A DNA stretch of 56,988 nucleotides, the filler included, from Ionaspis alba (Eukaryota), in assembly GCA_964255285.1 (NCBI GenBank). It is 4 parts of 4 records of this genome, joined end to end, with 100 filler letters (N's around TTAATTAATTAA, not from the genome) between each part and the next. Parts side by side here need not be neighbours in the genome. Positions count along the whole stretch, not along the records: positions 42,830 to 56,988 come from CAXUUL010000437.1; 3 more parts are not named here. One strand, written 5' to 3'. Shown here one piece after another: positions 50,830 to 56,988 of the stretch. A program made the translations under genes and the position numbers. The notes below the pieces were generated by a model. The model saw only the letters and a program-made list of their open reading frames with translations. It was not told the DNA's origin and made no database searches. Each line of letters opens with the position of its first letter. Position 1 is the first letter of the stretch.

Positions 50830-52533
50830 TTGCATTGGTGTGAGCGAGTATGATCTAGCAAGAGGTGATGATGGCGTGGGGTTTGGTTTGTTTTGTGCTA
50901 TGTTATTCGGAGATACCCAAATATACACGGCGTTCGGCCCAGTTCCACTAGCAATAGAATTGACTACGTAGTAACCGGCGAGCGTTCTTTGTGAGGCAAA
51001 CCACTGTTGCTAGTACGAGAGCCAAAATTGTTGGTACAATAATGTTCATTTGTTCTAGTGATACATTTTTTGACTACAGCCCCAACCGTCCTCTATTCAC
51101 CCACTAGGCACAATTTCATTCCATGTATTATCCTCGTTCTGCTTTGTCTCTCAATATTGGCTCTAGTATTACCAGATGGTAGACCCAATAGTTGCCACTA
51201 ATCACCTAGTGATCTCCTTCGAGCTCGACAGGAAGGTCAGCGAATGTGACACTCCGCTTAGGAGCTAGTCCTCCGGAGGTATTACCAGACGACTCGCTGG
51301 TTGACTGTTGATGCTTGGTATGAGCTCCAAGATCGAACATACGTTTTTCTCGAATGAGTGACTGCCTGGAAGAGATCATTTGTTAGCATCTGCATTAATG
51401 AAAGGTGGTCTAAATAACACCCACTGTGATTCTGTGAGATCAGTCATGTCCGGGAAAGGGAGCTCGTTCTTGCGGTAGTTGGTCGGTGGACCCTGTGGAA
51501 ACATTAGGGAACAGGATTGTGACTTCTGTGAAGATGATCCCTACAATCACGAAAGCACGCTGGGCGGTACTGCCAGGTTGGGAGCGTGTCCACTTCGGGC
51601 GTAGGCGTGTGAAAGAGAATCGGTTCAAGAGTTGCTTGAGGCAAGACATGGCTTTGGCTGGTCTCGGTAACATACACCGGATTTGTATGGTACTAGGTGG
51701 TGAGGGTCGTGGAGGTTATGAGGTGAACAGAGTCTGGTACCTCGAAGCTGCTTTTGAGTGACTCAGAGACTTTGTGAAGAGAACGAATGACTTATAGATA
51801 CTCGCTATAACGGTTCAACGAATGACAATAGAGCAGGAAACAACCGCTATCATTGACAAGAAGGAATGACAATAGGAAGAAGTGAGATGAAAAGAACAGG
51901 CTTTTGCGAGATCATCAAGTGTTGATGAGCTTCTGAGGAAGGAGAGAAGTCAATGTTTGGTGGGAGAAGAGGTTGTATATACGAAGACCAAGAAATTGGA
52001 AGGGCAACAGAGGAAATGAGCTCTGCAAGGACTAGTCCAAATTTGAAAGCAGAGATTGCTGGGCACGTCAAGAGCTGTAGCTCTTCCGTGTCAGCAGCAT
52101 TGTGACGGTCCCTTGGAATGTTTCAACCTAATCGAGTCGGAGTTGTGTTATGTTGCGTAATAACATGATGGTTGGCTAGTAGAAGATTTGGGTGCAAGTG
52201 TCAAAAAGACGATGAACACAATCTTTACAACCTCAATCGTGGAAGAAAAGTAGCTGATCGTTCTTCTTGAATCTCTGAATTGTCCCTCGTGGGTTGGAAG
52301 ACATTCAGGTTTCACATTTGATAGTTTCGCCCTTGCATTCCTCGGTAAGAACCATCTACCTCCTTTGCCTCCGTACATTCCGTGGGAGATTCACAATCTA
52401 TCAAGTGTTAGGACACGCTTCGTGCATATGAAGCTGGAGTCGTCTCCCTACATCATGCATGACATAGATTCTCTATCGGTCGATTCGTTGTAGCACAGGC
52501 AACAAATTTGCCACTTTTGATAAGCGAGCGATC

Positions 52534-54039
52534 TTAATTTGGATATTGCTTAACATGAAAGCTCTTCAACTTCACGAACTGTTCAAAGCCAAATTTGCTC
52601 AAGGTCACTCCCTTGCCTGAGTTCTTCCATCCAGTCCATGCGAGATCCTAATGCAAGTAAGCACTGAATACTTTTAGGAGAAGCATCAAGCTGACTTACG
52701 GGACTTGGGAAGTCACACCGATTTACGAACACAGTTCCAGCTTCAACCGACTCTGCGAGCTCCTCGCCACGGGCTGTATCCTTAGTCCATATGCTAGCAG
52801 TGAGACCGAACTCGCTATCATTCATCAACCGGATAGCTTCGTCGTCGCTGCCGACCTTCATAACAGGAATGATGGGTCCAAACGTTTCCTCGTTCATGAC
52901 ATCCATATCATGAGTCACACCAGTGAGAAGAGTAGGCTTGATGTAGTTGCCGTCTGGAGGAGGTGACGTAAAATTCTCATTCTCGGGTGTCACGTCCTTT
53001 GCACCCTTGTCGAGTGCGTCGTTGATATGTTGCTGTATGGTGGAAGCGGACTTCTTAGAGATCACCGGCCCAAGATTCGTGCTCTTGTCCATGGGATCCC
53101 CAAGCTTGTAGCCTTTGAGCACCTCCTGTACGGCGGCAACGAAATCGTCGTGGATTTTCTCATCCACGTAGACTCTCTCGATGCTGCAGCAACTTTGGCC
53201 AGAATTGAAGGTCGCTCCGTCCACAATCTCCTCGGCCGCCCAGTTGACATCGACGTCGGCTCGAATGTAAGCGGGGTCCTTCCCACCAAGCTCGAGCCCG
53301 ACGGGAACGACTCTACTTGCAGCAGCTTGTTGGACTGCAAGTCCGCCCGGGACGGAACCTGTGAAGCAAATAAGTTGTATCTTGGGAGAGCGTATGATGC
53401 TTTCAATGTGTTTGGCAGATCCGCTGTGGAAATATTGTATAACATTTTCCTGAAGCCCGGCTTCGTGGAATATTTTTTGAACTTGTTCGACAATTGTAGG
53501 AGTCTGGGGTGAAGGCTTGAGTATGACGGAGTTTCCTGCTAGAAGAGCGGGTATAAGAGAGTTGACCAAGATCAGATATGGATACTAGAAATGAAGCGTT
53601 AGTCAGCGTGCTAGGGAGAGCTTTGACTGCTACCTACATTCCATGCAAAGAGGATCAGGACAGGTCCGATGGGCGTTTTCCTAATGTATCTCTTGAAGCC
53701 CTGCTGAGGCTCTCCTGGAGTGTCCTTGAGGGCATCCTCACTAATCTTCAGAAGATACCGCCCACGAGCCACAGCTGTAGTGATTTCTTTTGCGGTGTAC
53801 GATATAGGTCGTCCCATCTGCTCCGTAAGCTCTCTAGCCAGCTCATCTTGTCTTTCATCCAGTATGTCCAATGCTTTGGCCACTATTTTCTGCCGATCTC
53901 CAAACGATGTCGACCGATAGATCTCGAAGGCCTGTTCTGCTTTGCGGGGCAGTAGAGCAATGTCTGATGGTGAGGAGGCATCACGATAGACTACCGGCTT
54001 GTTTGTGGCTGGCGAAATAGTGATCAATCGTTCTGACAT
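52534..54039 (-). CDS. Aldehyde dehydrogenase (NAD(P)-dependent); exons 54039-53638, 53584-52700, 52647-52534
   Basis: AWNYPY, FTGS, LELGGKDP, FNSGQSCCS, EETFGP and WTGWKNSGKG. Confidence 0.93.
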
Positions 54040-54306
54040 GTTGGCTAATACTCCTGAGATCGGCGATGAGAGGTCAATAGCAATGGTCCGTGGCTTTCGA
54101 TAGTGNNNNNNNNNNNNNNNNNNNNNNNNNNNNNNNNNNNNNNNNNNNNNNNNNNNNNNNNNNNNNNNNNNNNNNNNNNNNNNNNNNNNNNNNNNNNNNN
54201 NNNNNATATCACTACGGGGTATCTGCGGTGTTGCTCTGCGAATCACGATACATTTCCAACAAAACGCCAGCCGCCCATATGTCCCATCAGTTGCCGTTAT
54301 GTCACA

Positions 54307-55187
54307 TCACTTGTCCTTGTTCAAGGACTTGTGAAGCTTTTTGACATCCTTAACCAAATCTTTTGCTCGCGAGCCTCCCTCACAGTCTTTCCACTCTCCC
54401 CCGTCACGTATACATCTTGTCGAATTATTCAGACGCACTGTACAGCTGAGCTTCACACCGGCATCTCTGCTCCTCTCCACGCTCTCAGTGAGCAAATCCA
54501 TTCCATGTCCGTCCTCGCTCACGCATTTGTTTAGACGATCGAAGTCGACCCCATGCTCTAGCGCACAATTCTGCACAAGTGGGCGTTCAGGGATTTGTTT
54601 GTAAGACATTATCATGCATGTGCTGAACCCAAGTGATATCTTGGTATTATTGGAATAGAGATGTTCGGCGCACAGAGCGAGAGCATTTCCTAGACATTCT
54701 GTGGGACCATGCTTGCAGTTAATGGAGTCGTCTTTGTCAATTCTAGGAAATTAACCCCTGTCAGCCATGGAGGTCCCGTAAGGTCTAGAAAAAGCTAGAC
54801 TTACGTTCCAATAAAGGACAGCTTGAAGTCTACCAAGCCTGATATTTGCTCCATAGCTGGTACCACAAGATCCCGTAGGCAGTCTCTTGCATCGGGACAT
54901 TTGGACATGATATGTGCCTCTAAAGGCACTTTGATAGTCGAGTTTGACTTATGTATACTCGTATCCACAGTGTCTACCAAGTCCTGACGGTAGGGAGATT
55001 GACCATGGCCGGGCCATAGCAGTCCCGCCGGCGAAGCAAAGGAGCGGAGATGAATGAGTAAGAGAGTAGAAAGAATCACAGTAAGAGCAAAGATCGAAAG
55101 GACGCGACGAGGCGCTCGAGCTCGAACCATGCCCTGAGGAGGAGAAGTATCGAATGAGAACTGCCGTGAGGCACACTTGCTATCCAT
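54307..55187 (-). CDS. GILT-family (gamma-interferon-inducible lysosomal thiol reductase-like) protein with an N-terminal TM segment; exons 55187-54805, 54742-54307
   Basis: VPLEAHIMSKCPDARDC, CKHGPTECLGN (GILT signature CxHGxxECxxN) and SCTVRL...CIRDGGEWKDC. Confidence 0.88.
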
Positions 55188-56480
55188 GGCAATACAGTGG
55201 ATCGCAAGACATCGCTGTCGTTGACCGAGTAAGTCCACGCCTTTGAGGCAACGTCAGCTCGCCGAAAGGCTTGGCATACTAGCTAGGCTCGCACAGACTT
55301 TGCGCTCGCTTCGAGAACGCGCGGAGGCAGGTGTGGCAACTTCTCGACCCTCTGAGACCTATATAGAATATTCAGCTACTTTCTGCCACAGGATAACAGC
55401 CAGTCACAACAAGCATACCAGTGCTGAATTGTTGGAAATACACTTCCAGTACATCATGCTCGACAAGCTCCTTGTACAGTGGGCTTACCTTGGATCCCAA
55501 GTTTCGCACTCGCCCAAACGACTTTATGACTGCTCTATTCAATGATCTGGAAGACATCGAGGTGTAATCCTCCCCCAAATCTGGTGCTTCACACGTTGCC
55601 ACCGGGATAAATCCGTCGCTGAAGGATTCGATAGATCTATAGGAGTCTGAAATTAAGTACTACGCAATATTCCCTTTGTTATGCACCTCTATGTATCCTA
55701 CTCTTTTGCCTGGGCAATAGTGCTCAAGTTGCTGTGAGCTACTTTTCATGACGCTCTTCATATTGCTAGAGAGATTCGTCCAGATCGAACAATGATTTAT
55801 CCTGTGCGGTGGTTGGTGCGTCTTAATTCATATACTTTGCTCTTCAAAGCCCTATCGCCTCTATACCTTGTACCATGATAAGGACTGGAGCTTGATCTGC
55901 CACTCCGGAAGATCTGATCTGCAATCAGGTCGATCGAGTCATGATTCCAGGTCAAGCCATGTGCCTAGCACGCGCTTGGCACCTTTAAGCCTCAAAGTCT
56001 CTGGTAAACCTTGTTTTCAAGGCCTCCCATTCGTGGATGTCTTGCGGCACTTCAGCTACTCGGGATGAGCCACGAGCTTCCAGACAGACCTATCTGTGCA
56101 GTATTTGTGGGGCCGCCTATGTGGGAAGTCAATGGATCGTTTGGGACATCGGCCAGAGGTTCCAGGGTCCGCCAAGACACGCTAGGGCCTAGGACCCGAC
56201 GTGTACAGTGGATCTGGAGCCGAAAGCCAAGTCTGATAGGGTTTTCTTCTGCCCAACACGCTCAGTAAAGCTCCCATCATGACAGCGGGAATATGGCGCT
56301 CCTTCTTGTGGCTGTCGTCTCCAATGGTGCTGATATCATCGGATTTGGCTGCCCCACTCTCAAATAAGTATTTCATAATACGTTCTATAGTAGATAAAGC
56401 GATCTTCCGGCTCCTTCCTGACTTTCCCTCCCAGTCACTCGTTTTCTCCTGCACACCATTCGTTTTCCTGCTCCCCCAAC

Positions 56481-56988
56481 ATGAAAGTCGTTTATTTTTC
56501 TACTGCCGTTGCGGCACTTGCTGCTTCTGGTTCCACATCTCGTGTTGGAACAGGGTCTCTGGGCTATGGTGCACCATTAATAACGGGTGTTCCGACGGGG
56601 ACAGGAGCACCGATAGGAACAGGGACATCACCAGGCACAAGAATTTCAGCCAATACTGGTGCTTCAGCCGGGATTCCGGTTTCACAGCATAACGAAGCCA
56701 CTCCAGTGCCATCGGGTCCAATTTACCACACTCCCATAGCTCCAGGGAAGTCTAAAACAGCTCCATATGTTTTTTACAATAGCACTACCACTAGCAACCA
56801 ATTTGCTCCAACAGCTTGTACAGCTGGTACTGCCTTCGGAAGCGGAACCGTAGCCTCAGGTACTGGTGTAGGGACCGGGCAAAACGGCTGCGGAACTGGT
56901 CTTGGGACTGGAACAACAGCTTCTGGTACTGGCTTTGGGACTGGAACAACAACTTCTGGTACTGGCTTTGGGACTGGAACAACAGCTT
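56481..56988 (+). CDS. Putative secreted Gly/Thr-rich tandem-repeat protein, running off the window end
   Basis: Open frame from ATG 56481 with no stop (169 codons read manually). Signal-peptide-like MKVVYFSTAVAALAAS, then SGTGFGTGTTA repeats. Confidence 0.7.
   Translation, partial: MKVVYFSTAVAALAASGSTSRVGTGSLGYGAPLITGVPTGTGAPIGTGTSPGTRISANTGASAGIPVSQHNEATPVPSGPIYHTPIAPGKSKTAPYVFYNSTTTSNQFAPTACTAGTAFGSGTVASGTGVGTGQNGCGTGLGTGTTASGTGFGTGTTTSGTGFGTGTTA
56823..56987 (+). repeat. 33-nt coding minisatellite, 5 units (2 degenerate, 3 near-identical)
   Basis: Units start at 56823, 56856, 56889, 56922 and 56955. Consensus TCTGGTACTGGCTTTGGGACTGGAACAACAGCT. Confidence 0.9.

Noticed and set aside
51000..52500. 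Short ORFs between convergent ESA1 and ALDH
   Set aside because: All are under 100 aa with no motifs and cannot be supported as genes.
56791..56982. Minus-strand ORF with QSQSQYQKLLF repeats
   Set aside because: It is the antisense shadow of the + strand Gly/Thr repeat gene, which has an ATG, a signal-like peptide and a longer open frame.
56823..56987. 33-nt repeats as a CRISPR array
   Set aside because: The units are directly tandem with no spacers, codon-phased, and in a eukaryotic context.

Overview
Gene-dense filamentous-ascomycete (Pezizomycotina-type) nuclear DNA with short spliceosomal introns (GT-AG, CTRAY branch sites). The window is not one locus. Three N44-TTAATTAATTAA-N44 linkers split it into four pieces of 14183, 14181, 14165 and 14159 nt, which looks like length-sorted scaffolds concatenated end to end, so linkage across the linkers should not be assumed. 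Piece 1: PNG1, UTP4, a G1/S cyclin. Piece 2: SET2 (3' truncated), an AT-hook protein, CBF5, a derlin, LYS9 (3' truncated). Piece 3: a CUE/Smr protein (3' truncated), a Uma2-like PD-(D/E)xK nuclease-fold gene, UFD4, NMNAT. Piece 4: an LRR/F-box-type pseudogene, two tandem coiled-coil/TPR-like genes, RNase H2 subunit C, DUF4385, ESA1, an aldehyde dehydrogenase, a GILT-family thiol reductase, and the start of a putatively secreted Gly/Thr-rich protein with 11-aa repeats that the ORF track missed. Most of the content is housekeeping, and I cannot support a complete novel multi-gene system. The best leads are the repeat protein, a structured element in an unusually long derlin intron, the nuclease-fold gene and the TPR-like pair.
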